Part shown: piece by piece, positions 1-12,677 of the stretch
How positions within the stretch are numbered: position 1 is the first letter of the stretch
Layout of the letters: the number at the start of each line of letters is the position of its first letter
Source of the DNA: Macrostomum lignano
Taxonomy: Eukaryota
NCBI GenBank assembly: GCA_002269645.1
Contig: NIVC01002771.1
Location: 1 to 64,000 of the forward strand
Length of the DNA stretch: 64,000 nucleotides
Direction of reading: 5' to 3'
The notes under the pieces: generated by a model
The model's database searches: none
What the model saw: the letters and a program-made list of their open reading frames with translations, nothing else
Told to the model about the DNA's origin: nothing
Program-made: the position numbers and the translations under genes

Positions 1-521
1 CGCACTCCAAGGTGTTCGTGCAGAATGGCGTGCGCACTCCCCGATCCAATACCGATCTCCTGCTGGATCTGCTGGTAGGTCTCGCCGGTCAGCGGCAATC
101 ATGCTGGACACAGCGCAGATATTTTCTGGAGTCACTGCGTCACAGGGTCTCTTGGATCGATGTTTATCTTCGAGGCTTTCTCGACCTCGGCGAAACTCAG
201 CAAACCAGTTTTTGACGGTTGCGTATGAAGGACATAGATGGGTGAAAACGTTCTGTAAAGTTTGATACGAATCGGCCGGCGACTTGTCTTGCTTGAAGTA
301 CAAGTACACCATTGCTCTGAAGTCGCGATTTTCCAGCTTCATTGTTGAATGAAGAACTCAGGGGGTGAAACTGACTTTAACTTGCTGCAGTGGGCTCAAA
401 AGTGGCTGCTTCTGTTGACAATTTTGCTGCGATACTTTTAAAAGTTGGTCTTTACCAAAGCTCTTTACTTCTACGTCTCGTGGATCCTACTCAGGCTAAA
501 GACTTTCTGAGTGACCCTCAG
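1..521 (-). mobile_element. Mariner (Tc1/mariner) transposon, 5' part with a frameshifted transposase N-terminus, running off the window start
   Basis: The minus strand from the ATG at 342 reads MKLENRDFRAMVYLYFKQDKSPADSYQTLQNVFTHLCPSYATVK, then after frameshifts WFAEFRRGRESLEDKHRSKRPCDAVTPENICAVSSMI and TYQQIQQEIGIGSGSAHAILHEHLGVR. These are the typical mariner HTH-region motifs. A TIR-like end (GAGGGTCACTCAGAAAGTCTTTAGCC on minus) lies at about 494-520. Confidence 0.9.
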
Positions 522-611
522 AAATCTCGTATCTCTCGCAATTATCGTCTTAGTGCGTATCTTAATGTCTGATATCATAGTTTAGTTTCTTATTGGTACT
601 AGTGTCTGCTT

Positions 612-985
<374 letters not shown>

Positions 986-2179
986 GTCAGTTTCTGACTG
1001 TCAATTCACCGTTCATCTCGTCAGTTATATTGCACAGCATGCGTCTGCATTGCGCAGAAGCCGGTCAGCTTTTGTACTTTCTTAATTTTAAATCGGCATC
1101 AAAAGCCACTTGATTTTCTACCATGAAAGTGGTGCAATCCACTTTTCATTTTTTTCTGGAGAGAAAGCGGAAATATTACCCGAAAGAAGCAGCGGAAAGG
1201 AAAAATCCTTATTCAATTTCCAGAATCGTAAAAAGCAATTAATCGTCAAGAAGGAATGTCCACGAAGATAAGCTGCGGAAATGCTTGATTGAACTGAATT
1301 GAATTCAATAAGTAAGTAAAGCTTGTGCTGTGCTGTGCTTAAAAACAAGCTTTGCCAATCATTGCGTTGAACAAGGGCTTAGATTTAGATAGTTACTGAT
1401 TCAGATTGAAGTTAAGAATGTGAATCCGCTATTTTATTAAACATCGAAAAAAATCTGCTTTCTTGGTGCTATTGAAATGATTAACTAGTCTACAGAGTTT
1501 AATGGATTTGTAGTAGAGAGCACTCATTTGTATAAAATGCATAGATTTCCTGCTATTGAGAAACCATGCTTTAAAAATGGCTCTGCATGGCGGCTGTCAT
1601 ACGAAGTTTACGATACTTGTACACAGATAAGTTAAAAGAGAAAAAGTCATTGGAGAATTGTCCTCAATAGAGCCTACCTTCGTCCAAATATTCGGTTCAC
1701 GCCGACCTCGTGACTCTGTGTTGATGCCAATCGCTGAGCCAGCAGGCGGATTAGCTACTTGGTAGTGAGTTCTCATGGACCAATATTGGCATTTATTGGT
1801 GCGTCAGTTTGTTAATCTGCGTCAGTCTATTAATTTAAATACTGATTCGAGTCGAACTCAATCTGACTTTTTTAGGACTATAGCCATTTTCCATCTTTCT
1901 CATAAATTAAACCTTCCCTACTTGCCTTGTATGAGCGAATTCTATGGCAAAAAATGACTTGTCAATAATGATATATACCATGGTATTTCAAGCTCGACTA
2001 TGGCAAACGTGACTTCAATTTTGGCAAACGCATGAACCATCTGGTAATATGTCTGCGGCCAACTCCGGTACATTCTAACAATTCAATGACTCTATCTCAC
2101 AATAAAACATCAGAATGGCGATTTTCAAGGCATCATTTCCGTTCTCCGGGATTTTATTCGGGTAAAATTCAGTGCAGTA

Positions 2180-2290
2180 CTAGCAATCTAGTGCCCCCCT
2201 TCGGGTGCCCAATAAGCAAGGAACAAAAATTATTGGTGCAAATCCATTAAAAAGCACATTTTCTTGAGAACCGATTCCTTCTTCAGTGTT
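2180..2290 (-). mobile_element. Helitron-type 3' terminus (hairpin + CTAG before T), homologous to 34560-34669
   Basis: The minus strand ends GGGCACCCGAAGGGGGGCACTAGATTGCTAG|T. About 110 bp align by eye with the opposite-orientation copy at 34560-34669, which has a perfect GCCCC-AAAA-GGGGC hairpin 9 nt before CTAG|T. Confidence 0.6.
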
Positions 2291-2433
2291 ATAGATCACC
2301 TTATTCGAATTGTCATGGACAAAGATGTTTGCTATGAATCTCTTTTGTCTAAAAGTAACAAAAGTACGCAACAAAATAAAGCCTTCACTAAGATAATAGG
2401 CATTCCGCCTAAGTCGAAAGCATTCCCTAGACG

Positions 2434-2696
2434 GCAAGCATCCCCCAGATAGCAAGCATCCCCCAGACAGCAAGCATCCGCTAGATATCAAGCATCCCCC
2501 AGATAGCAATCATCTCCCAGATAGCAAGCATCCGCTAGATAGCAAGCATCCCCCAGATAGCAATCATCTCCCAGATAGCAAGTATCTCCCAGATAGCAAG
2601 TATCTCCCAGATAGCAAGCATCCGCTAGATAGCAAGCATCCCCAGATAGCAATAATCTCCCAGATAGCAAGCATCCGCTAGATAGCAACATCTCCT
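2434..2696. repeat. Minisatellite, about 18-19-bp unit (CAGATAGCAAGCATCCCC)
   Basis: Visible tandem array lying next to the Helitron-like end. Confidence 0.9.
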
Positions 2697-3892
2697 AGTT
2701 TCCGTAAAATTCAGTGCAGTATTACGAGGATCGCTAAAAAAACGTTGTCGCTATGTATGCTTATACGATATGAAGCGTGCCTTTCTCGGTAGCTGCAAAT
2801 TAGCTCCATGAAAAGACGTGTTTTTCGAGACGAAAAACACGTCTTGGCCAATAATATCTAAAAAAACCATCTAAGAGTCGATTCCCGTTCGTAATTATAC
2901 TTAGAAAGTGTTGTACGAGCATTATATTTGATTGTTTTATTAAGCTTCCGGAAAAAACCTAATTATGCCAACTTGCTATCTTGTCTATCTGCCCACGTAA
3001 GGACAGGAAATTTTTCGCTTCCTGTTTTAGAACTTTGGCTCAGCGCCTCAAACGATGATGTCCTTAGATTTGCCGGTGCAGAGCTGAAATCTGCAGAAAT
3101 TTTACAGCGACTGGCAATAAACTTTGGCTGACTTTCTGTGGATTTTACCGCTATTTTTCTCGGCCACAGTCGCTTCCGGCGATAGGATTTTTTTACAGCT
3201 CGACTATTTTTTCCAGACCAATTAACAATTGATTTTATGCTTTTGATTATTTTCGGCAGTATTGCAATAACAAAAAATATTTCTATTTATCCATAAGTGC
3301 ATCTGTACGGCCATTTAATGACAGGCAATTATGATTTAGAACACCGTTTAATTACGAAAAGTGAAACGCGAATCTGAGCCGCACAAATAATAATGAGCTA
3401 TTCAGTAATGTGGATATGTTGGTAGAGGACTTGCTTCGACTGAAATGGGCATGAAGGCAAAACTATTTTGTCCAGCAAAATGTGTTTGTATGGGCCAAAG
3501 ATCATATATGCGCAAGATAAGCCATTTTGACGGCAACAGGAAAGAGCTTATGTTGAAGTAAAGATACTACTTCGTGCTGTTACAGATTTCAACAGATTTT
3601 TCGTGGCTTGCCTTTACCACAAAATGTTATTAGTGGCCCATCTTGTGTGAATATGTTCATTGGTATGGCTGACGTGCACTGGTACTGACAATGAAACTGA
3701 CTGCTACACTTCATCATCTGGGATGAATATTCATATCCTGCATGGTTCTTTTGCTTATCCGAGCGTACCATTTACTTTCTCGAAGCAAAAGAAACATGAA
3801 GAGGCAACTGGGCCTGTCTATACATGAAGGAGAGAAAAGAATGGAGTGCTAATCTGACTGAGTTATTTTTTATTAATTATTTTTGTTTGCTT

Positions 3893-4070
3893 GTTTTCGA
3901 CTTCGGCATCCTGATTCCCCCCGTTCTATTTATTCTATTGGCTGTTGAATGCCATAGACAGCAGTGCCCCATTTCATGAAGAACTGCGTGGGGAAGGGAA
4001 ACTGCTGTCTATGGCATTCAACAGCTTTTAGAATGGAACGGGGGGCATCAGGATGCTAAAAGTCGAAAAC
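3893..4070. mobile_element. Palindromic MITE/foldback element
   Basis: Arms of about 70 bp: GTTTTCGACT (3893) pairs with AGTCGAAAAC (4070), and a perfect 25-bp inner stem (3941-3965 with 4001-4025) encloses a 35-nt loop. Confidence 0.75.
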
Positions 4071-4305
4071 GAGAAAAACCACAGATACTTAAAACACTGT
4101 TTATCTATAAGCAAAACAAAAATAACTTAGTCCGATTAGCACACTTTATTCTTTTCTTTCCCCATGTGTCTATACCTGTGCTTACTAAATAAGAAACGGA
4201 AAGTGAATTGCTTAAGAAAACTGCAATGAAAATAAATGGAAGCATTAGTGAATGAATCAGATTCGCAATGGGTAGAATTCAAGCTTGGGCAAGTTTTTTC
4301 GTTTC

Positions 4306-4656
4306 CTAGCTGGCTTCTTCAACGCTGGCAACCGTTCTCTGCTTTCCTTGTTGCGCCTGGCGCCGTTTGAAGACAAAGTAGAGCGCCAGGATGAGCGCAA
4401 CGGACAGCAGGAGCAGAATGAGGCCAGAAAGCACGAGCCGATCGGGCAACTGCATCGAGGCCATGTTATTCTTGGAGGGCATGTAGCATGTCTCGGTGCA
4501 GATGTCGCCACAGAACGGTTCCAGACAGACGCACTCGTACTTGCTTGGACCGTCGCGAGCCCGGATTACTCGACAGAATCCTCCCTCCTGGCATGGAAAG
4601 TCGAACCGACCCTCGATGTGGATCGCCATCTCCTCGGCTGTGCAGTTCTCTGTCAT
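4306..4656 (-). CDS. Single-EGF-domain transmembrane protein (EGF-ligand-like), 116 aa, no signal peptide
   Basis: Six EGF cysteines (C5, C22, C28, C42, C44, C53; CQEGGFC, CVC, GDIC), a hydrophobic segment LVLSGLILLLLSVALILALYFVF and a KRR stop-transfer. AAATTCAG acceptor 3 nt before the ATG. Paralog at 13202-13657. Confidence 0.85.
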   Translation of the reverse strand: MTENCTAEEMAIHIEGRFDFPCQEGGFCRVIRARDGPSKYECVCLEPFCGDICTETCYMPSKNNMASMQLPDRLVLSGLILLLLSVALILALYFVFKRRQAQQGKQRTVASVEEAS

Positions 4657-5103
4657 GTTCTGAATTTATGTAGGGAAAGTGTGTTTTCGAAAGTGTTAGC
4701 AGGGATATTACTGAGCCTTGCAGAAATGAGAGCGCTAGTAAATTCAAGACTAATGAGTGGAAAAATTTCCCAATAAAGAATAGGTCCTCTGCTTGAAGCA
4801 GAACTACTCACCATTGAGTCTCGCTAAAGGACCTTGAAAGATAAAGCTTTAAATTGAACAAGTCCGCTTTGGCACCTGCTTTTAGGTTTGGCAGCTGTCT
4901 AAATAGCTAAGTCAGTACATGGTTCTATGCTTTTACCTCGAGCTTTTGTACCCAAGATTTACGGGGGTTGAAGACACCGCCGCAGCCACCTCAAGTCCGA
5001 GTGTTGCATGACGCGTTTGTTTATTTCTAAAACTGTTCGCCATGCAGTTGCTGCGCTGCTGCAGCTGGCACAGAAGTCTGCCGTGGCTTGGGGGTCACCG
5101 GAA

Positions 5104-5376
5104 CTATACCCCTAGATATTGTATGCTTTTACTCTTAAATTTGAGGCGTGCCGCTAAACTGCTGTCTATAGATAGGCATCGAAATGTGCAGTTTGAAACT
5201 TCATTCGAATCGTTGCCATTTTTGTCTGACAAATTTGGCTTACACTGTATAGCAGATATGACTTCTGCTAGAGTCCACCCCTTTCGTCTGCCGTGCCGCG
5301 CATACAGATGAAAAGCAACCAGATTCCTTATTTGTCTTTTTTGCACAGATCGCCATTTAGCTCGTAAAGCAAACAC
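5104..5376 (-). mobile_element. Possible degraded non-LTR reverse transcriptase fragment
   Basis: FHLYARH resembles a decayed YADD motif and KSIQYLGV resembles the KYLGV motif; the spacing is shorter than canonical. Confidence 0.3.
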
Positions 5377-8300
5377 CAGTTAGGCAGCTAGGAAGGATGG
5401 GGTCAAGGATTGCTTTGTATGAGTAGCAAGAGGACGCTGTACTCTTATATCAAGGACCACTAGCAGTCTACAGGAGGCTACACCCAAAAAAGGTGTAATT
5501 GTTTCAAGACCAATTTCATTGAAAAAATACACTGCGGAGCTGATAGGAAAAATCATTTTTCATCCCTCAGTCAATTTTATCTGGGGCAGTGAAGATTACC
5601 AATCTTTTAAATTAGCATGCATAGGATGTTACTCTGTTATAATTTATATAGTTGTTTAGTGAAAGTTTAATTTTCATATTGTTTTCTTTTTTGATTCATG
5701 AGCTAAAAGTTGTAAATACTCATAAGTGGAATTGAACTTATGCTGAACTTTGTTTTGTTCCTTTTTGATTCAAGTATATTCGTAATAAAAATGCTGAATG
5801 CAGGTACTCTTAAGCCATCATTGATTTTGTGATGAAAAAATGTTTTTTTCCTATCAGCTCCGCGGTGTATTTTTTCTAGGAAATCGGCCTCCAAAAATAT
5901 TCACGATCTTTGTGTGTTGCTATTTACTACTAGTGGTCCTTGTCTTAGATTTAGAGAAGTTTTGATAACAGGCTTTTTTCGAAAAATGCATGTAAATGCG
6001 AAAACGCAATTTCCTTCCGGATCCAATAATATTAGCTCGTAGTTCAAGCTCAGCTTTACAATTTGAGACAGTGCAGTAGGGAACCTTTTGATTAAACCTT
6101 ATTTGATTATTTCTTTACATTGATATTACTGTCTCGTAGTTTACGTGTGCAATGGAATTTTAGGGTCTACCTACAAAGTTAAACCAGCTGAACGTTTGCC
6201 AAGCGACATTGGTCAGCCAGACGTTTCCCAACTGATGTTTAACAGCTTCAAAATTCACAAGAAAATTAACAAGCTGTAAACCATATTTGTAGTAGTTATT
6301 TCTGATGAATGAACACCCGATAGACATGCACTTAAATTCTGGAAAACATCGTCTTCAAAGGGCGGGCAGGTTTTCGTTGCTATCACGAAATATGATGAAA
6401 ATGCCATCAGTACACACAAGAAAGCTTCGAGAAAAGTTGCATATGCCAAAGCACATGATACTAGCTAGACACACTTTGACATATCGCACCATATGTTTAC
6501 TCGTTTAGCAGACGTTTTTATTGTCTCAACTGACTCATCAAACTTCAATGCAAGAAAATCTGCCCGTAAAGTTGCGTTTTTGCTTGGCCAAGTTTGCATT
6601 ATCGTAAAACTGCGCTCTTGCACAATAGGAAACAAAACTGCTTGTACATTTACAACTAGTATCTTGGGATTTAGTGCATGCTCCCCTCTCCTCCATGTGT
6701 ACTGTTTTGGGCAAATTGCTTGTAATTACTGTAGGTTCTCGTCGGAACCTTTAGATGGTCGGTCGCGTTATCCTCTCAAAGTTGTATCGCCGGCACGGGC
6801 TATGATGCTGCTGATAAGAAGTATTGGCAGATGCTACTGGCGATGACGGGCGCTTGAGCCGCTGCATATTTGTTTCGAAATGCGGTACATTCGCGTTTCT
6901 CATTTCTTGATTTCACATTCAATGTTTACCATCAAACTTTACAATCCTCCAACTTCGTGCCCGGCGCCGATCCAGTCACAAAGGCTGCTTGAGCACGCAA
7001 TGGCATAGGCGTTGTAATTTTTTGGCTTTGTATTTTTTGGCACACTCCACATGCACTCGCACAAGTGCGTACAAGCAGGCTCTGCAACGAAAATAGTAAG
7101 CCCTGGCATAAGCGCACATGCGCAAAAGCATAAGCGCACATTTACGAGTAATATAATTAATGATATGCTCAAATTTTCCTTTCTCACTTTTTAAGCAATA
7201 GAATTTCTAAAAGACAGGTAGATTGTATAGTATGCAACTGAGTTGAATAATGGCCAAAACTCGAGTGCGCGTAGCGCACGAGTGTCTATGGCCATTATTC
7301 AACGAAGTTGCATACTATACAAGTGCATTGTATTTATACTTTCACTCAGCGCCCAGTCATTATTCCACACTTTTGTCGCTGTCATTATTCCACACTTTTT
7401 ATCATGCTTCAATTGGCTGTTTTAAGAGTTGTTTTACCCATAGACGACTGAGTTGTGTGGCTTAGTTTGACCATAGACAACACTGTGATGAGTGCTGATT
7501 TTGCTTGCGTCTTGCAAGAAATCAGGAAAGCGAGTAGTGGGAGAAAAAGCTTTTTGTCTTGTCAAACAACTATGGCTATAGTGCATCTCGTCAAACAGCC
7601 GCGCTTATTAATTGAAAAAAATCTTCCTGTCGACGACTGAACGAACCGTGCGGCGCTACCTAGGAAGAAAACGCGACCATGCAGTCTTCAACGCCTCGAC
7701 GGCTATAAACGATGCCTGAAAGCGGCCAATCGATTCAGTCGAGCAGCCGACAGTCCCAAAGAATCCCAGCTTGGATACTGCGGTACCAAAGAAGCTCATC
7801 AGACGAAGCTCATCAGTCGCATGCCAACTTAACCAAGACATGCATCTTTCAAATGGTAAGTTCGGCAACTATACTTGAGCACCAGTATTTCTCTTTCATA
7901 GAAAACATTCAACATAGACCAACTCCTTTTGCAGTGCCAAATCATCAGGCTAAAGTGTCGAGCATCTTTGGAAACTGCGGCTTTGAGAACTGTGCATGTT
8001 TCACTTTGGGTGACAAATTGATTTTTACATTGTCAAATTGCGACTACAAACTGATAAACTGCACTAGCTGTGACATTTATTATTAACTCTTTTCGTGTAG
8101 CTGGTACTTTAGTTTTAATGATTTTTCCTTTTTGTTCATTTACTTATTGTTGTTCTGTATTTATTAACAAAAATACTGAGCGATGGATTTTTTCAATCCA
8201 AATGTCTATGGTACACATCAAAACTGTGGAATAATGGCCAAAATATTTTTTCATTGCGTCTGGGTAAAAGTATAATTGCAATGTAAAATTTTGGGTTGAG

Positions 8301-8771
8301 AAAGCACCCCCTGAGAATTTTAGTCAGATCCCGATTGAAACTAATAAGAAACATCGTTTTTTCTGCCCATCAAAATCTAATTGAATTTACTTGTAAAATA
8401 TATAGTGGCTGGAAGTCAAAGTCAAAACACTAACTCTCCGTATTCTAGAAGGCAACCTCTCAACAGGAAGGTGTTCACAGAAGAACAGTAGAAAGACCAT
8501 TGGTGTATTTCAAATACACACATTTTTCCTTTGTCTGGATCTCCAAGAATATTCAACCAATTACCATAAAAATCCAGAACAGGGGCTAAAATTTTCCGCT
8601 TTTTTCGATGAAGCAACTTCGAGAATCAGGAAAAAATGGCATCATCGAGACATTCAACGATTCTCCTCGGGGTGTCTGGTGGCAAATTAAAACCCAACAA
8701 CATTGGCAAAATTTTTCTGCTCACAAAATCTCATCATGAAACCACGTCGGCTCAGCAAACTATGCATATCA

Positions 8772-9178
8772 GTCGTAGAGGCCTTTGTTCTCAGCATCCT
8801 AGGCACCAGGGTCCCCTTCATCACCGTCTGGAGCATCGGCGGCGACCTTCGGGACCTTCAACAAAAGCACCCGATTGGCATCTCAGAGACGGCCGCTGCG
8901 TTCCCAAAACTGAAATGGAATAATCCTCTTCTGCATACAACATTCAGTCAGTAGACATAATCGGTGAATGAAATGGACGATGGCGACCCTCTAGGCTGAC
9001 CTGTAGACATATAGGCGCCCTTCGGGACCTTCAACAGAGTGCCACGTGGCCCTGTCGAGCTTGCACCCCCACAATGCGGGTGCTTTTGTTGAAGGTCCCG
9101 AAGGTCGCCGCCGATGCTCCAGACGGTGATGAAGGGGACCCTGGTGCCTAGGATGCTGAGAACAAAGGCCTCTACGAC
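8772..9178. repeat. Perfect 102-bp inverted repeat (8772-8873 / 9077-9178) inside longer diverged inverted homology (about 8480-9480)
   Basis: Base-by-base reverse-complement identity over 102 bp; patchy homology continues about 290 bp outward on both sides. Confidence 0.92.
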
Positions 9179-12100
9179 AGATGGACCCAGATTATTGAGC
9201 CAATATGGATTCACCATGAAGGTTTATACAGTGTAGTGCTGGTTGTCCTTGCCACCAGTGTCTTCGACAAGAATCGTTGAATATCTCGACGATGCTGACG
9301 TCGGATGACTTTGAAAGTTGGTTCGTCGGAAAGGGCGGAAAAATTTGACCTACATGGTGGACTTTTACGAAGATCGGTAATTCTGTTTGCAAGCTATCGT
9401 GAAATGGGTCGTGTGTATTTGTAATACACCCCCGTGGTCTTTCCCCATGGGGAAAAATAGCGTGGTCTTTCTACTGTTGAAGAGCATTGTAGCGTTAAAC
9501 CTCGTGAAGCACGAACACTGCACGCGAAACGGGGAAGTACATGTAGATTAATAAAGCCACATGCAGCCATATGTACATGAAGCAAAGCTAAGAGGTAAAC
9601 GCCGCTTTTTGCGTCCCGATCTGAAGGTCGTTACGCAACGTGTCTAAGTTGCAATATTGTCTTTATATTCTTACAGACAGCAGAGAATCGCAGCCAACCT
9701 CTCCGGTTCTATTACTAATACACATCATAGGTAGCCGACGTGTTCTCAAATTGCCAGTTCAAAAGCTAGATGTACAGTTGCTAATTGCGGTAATGTATGC
9801 TTTTCTTTTTAATTCAACGCTATGAGCTAATTAAGAATCCACTAATGTTGCCGATCGGGACATTTATTTCCACTTCAAGTAGATTTACAAGTATAGTTGG
9901 AACTTAGAAAAATTAAAAAGTAACTGCGTCGGAAATGGTAACTCTCCATTTAAAATATCAAATGAGCAAGAAATCTTTTCAGCCCCGGATCAAGTACATG
10001 CATCGAATATTTCGCGCAGTCACCCTGCACTAGTTGCTATGAACAAGTTGTTATGAAAAACAAACCAACACAGCTAACTACGAGTACCATCAGCTATATA
10101 TATCCAATCCGATTCTACTTACATGTACGAGTACGAGCGTTTTAGCATTCGCAATTAAGCTTAATGAATGAATGTACGCGCACAAAAAAGCATACCACAC
10201 ACCCTTGCCATCTATAAATGACAGGATGTTAAATACATCTTGATGCATGTGACTTGGACTGTTGTCCGACAATCGCGCTCGTGTATTTGAAAGTGAACTT
10301 ACTACTCTTAATAGTTTGCCGGCTATTAACGGTTGTTGCTTTTGGCTTTAAGCAAATAGAATTGCCCTGATAAGATTGTCATCGAAGGCGTACTCGGCCC
10401 GGAGGGCTGTGGTGCGGCTTGGGGCTTCTGGCCAACGATCTTGTACCGCTGGTCAGCTGCCCGAATTTCAGGAAGAGTACCGCGCTCAGCTGTGCTGCTT
10501 TGAGCTGCCATTGCGCTTGGTGAACCTAACTGTACAGGGAGCTGGTACATGTAAATGGACCGCCTGGTCAGGTCTCGGCCTCAGAAGCATGGTTCCACCA
10601 AGGCGCCACCTTGAAAGCATGAGCCCCAGAAGTTGATAGGTACCCTGCCAGTGTGACCCACCGGGAATTCGGGGATCCTAGGCTTTGGAGATGTGTTCGG
10701 CGCCAGAGTGACAGGCTCTCACCTGTTTGCGGCACAGCCCGGTTGATCTCCCAGCTGCCCACGGCGACCCTGCCTGAGAGGTAGTTTCAGCTGGAGGATG
10801 ATAGTCTCTAAGGAGGCCGGACCTGGGTCCACTAATGCGGGTTGGTGGGGCCAGACTGTGCAAAAAATAAAGAGCTTACCAGTTAGGACCACCCGAAATC
10901 TGTCGCCTCTGCTGGCGCCCAATCTTTGCACTTACGGATATAAGGCTCACCCCCGGCTCATCTCCAAAATTCTGCGAATCTTAGTGACGCAGCCCGAAAT
11001 TGCTTTGGGCTACGAAAAGGGGATTCCAAACTCCAGGTGGCCCGAGTCTTTTAGACTGCTGGTGGACCCACCCCACCCACCGTGATCCGCGCTTAGCCCA
11101 GCCAGGCAACCCGGTTTAACAACAATATTTTTTGTTAAAATCCTCCTTAAATTTTGCAACAAACGTATATTGAGTTGTCCTTGATACTGCATCAGCTGAC
11201 TCTCATAGGCAGTATGTTTGTTTAGGCAGTGTACTTAGCTATCTGTTATAATTCTGTTATTTGTATGTTAAATCAACGTAGATAGAAGATGAACGCAGAT
11301 AGAAGATTGTAAAAAAATTTTAAGTATAGTTTGACTTTGATTTATAATATGTTATAATCACCAAAACGGTATTGTAACTAAATTGAAATACATTTTTACT
11401 TTAAATTTACGTATACACGCAGCGAATGGTATGGATTATTTGATATTAAGGCAGCAAGTGGGTCTGAAGCATATTTCAGTAAGAAGTCAGTTTTCATTAG
11501 AAAAATTGACATACCAGCAAACTTCAACATTCGAGCGGGGGAGAAAGTCTTGGAGTTGGCAAATAGTGTAGAGTTAATAGGTGTATCATGCAATTTAAAT
11601 GCAAATGGGGCTTTAGCAGATCATAGAGGGACAGTAAAGTGTGGAATATGATAGGATGGGATATGATAAAATAGCAGAAATTGCATAGATCAGGCAGGGT
11701 TACAGCTAATGCCCTCCAAGCTAAACAGATCTGAGCTGACAAGGCAGTCTTTATGTACGAGTCGTATGTATAAATAGATTGACTGTGATTTGGATTTAAC
11801 ATGCAAGCAAGGAATATCAGATAGCTAGTAGTAGTATATAAGAGAAAATTCTGTTCCAGCAGTAATTTTAGTCTGTTTTTGGGTAATTCTTCGGGACATT
11901 TTTGAAGCGTTGCCTGCTTTCTGCAGCAGCTGCGGCGGAATGACGAAGCATTTAGAAGCAGTCGCTGCTGCTACAAGTTTTTTTAGATATGGACGTCATT
12001 CTTCTCTGCCTCATAGCAACCACTGAGATTATCTTGGATACGGGCTTCTCTTTCAGCTGACACTGCTCACCTACTGGCTGGCACAGCACTACAGATTCCA

Positions 12101-12664
12101 CATCCAAAAGTAAGCAAGCACCATCCCAGTTGCCATGAGGCTGAGAAACCGAATTTCAGTGATAAATGTGAGACAGTTCATTAGGAGTGTATAAAAAAGT
12201 TAAAACAACAGAATGTAACTAACTTCACAGTAGCTATACTTGACAGAAAGAATAGAAAAAATGTAATGGAAAATGATTTTCTAAAATATAGTTCGCTTTT
12301 GCTAACATGCTGCTCATTAACTCAGTTTTGAGTCATATTTATAAAACAAATTTTATCAAAATGCTTACACGAACGTCTTTAGATTACAAAAGTGTCTTTA
12401 ACTTCTAATTGTGGTGACAAGTGGCTAGTTACGGTCACGGACTCACGGCACAGAATTGCGGACTCGAAATCGATAAATATTCGAAGTCACATCACAGACG
12501 TAGATCTACATGTTAAAATTGTAAGATAAAATTAAATTTCTAGCGATTTAAACGCTTTTACAGACATTTTTTAATCTTGAAAGGTCTTGCTCAGTTGCAG
12601 AAAAGGTCGCTAATTACACAAGGCTCGAAAAATAGGGTGGGAATTTGTCTTGCAAAAATACAGC

Positions 12665-12677
12665 GTTGCTAGGCAAC
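12665..12677. promoter_or_regulatory. RFX X-box-like palindrome GTTGCTAGGCAAC
   Basis: Matches the RFX consensus GTTGC-N-GGCAAC; CCAAT (about 12705) and ETS-like CCGGAAG (about 12806) motifs lie nearby. Confidence 0.4.

Noticed and set aside
7790-7825. Two CTGATGAG motifs on the minus strand suggesting a hammerhead ribozyme
   Set aside because: No properly placed stem II-GAAA or cleavage triplet was found.
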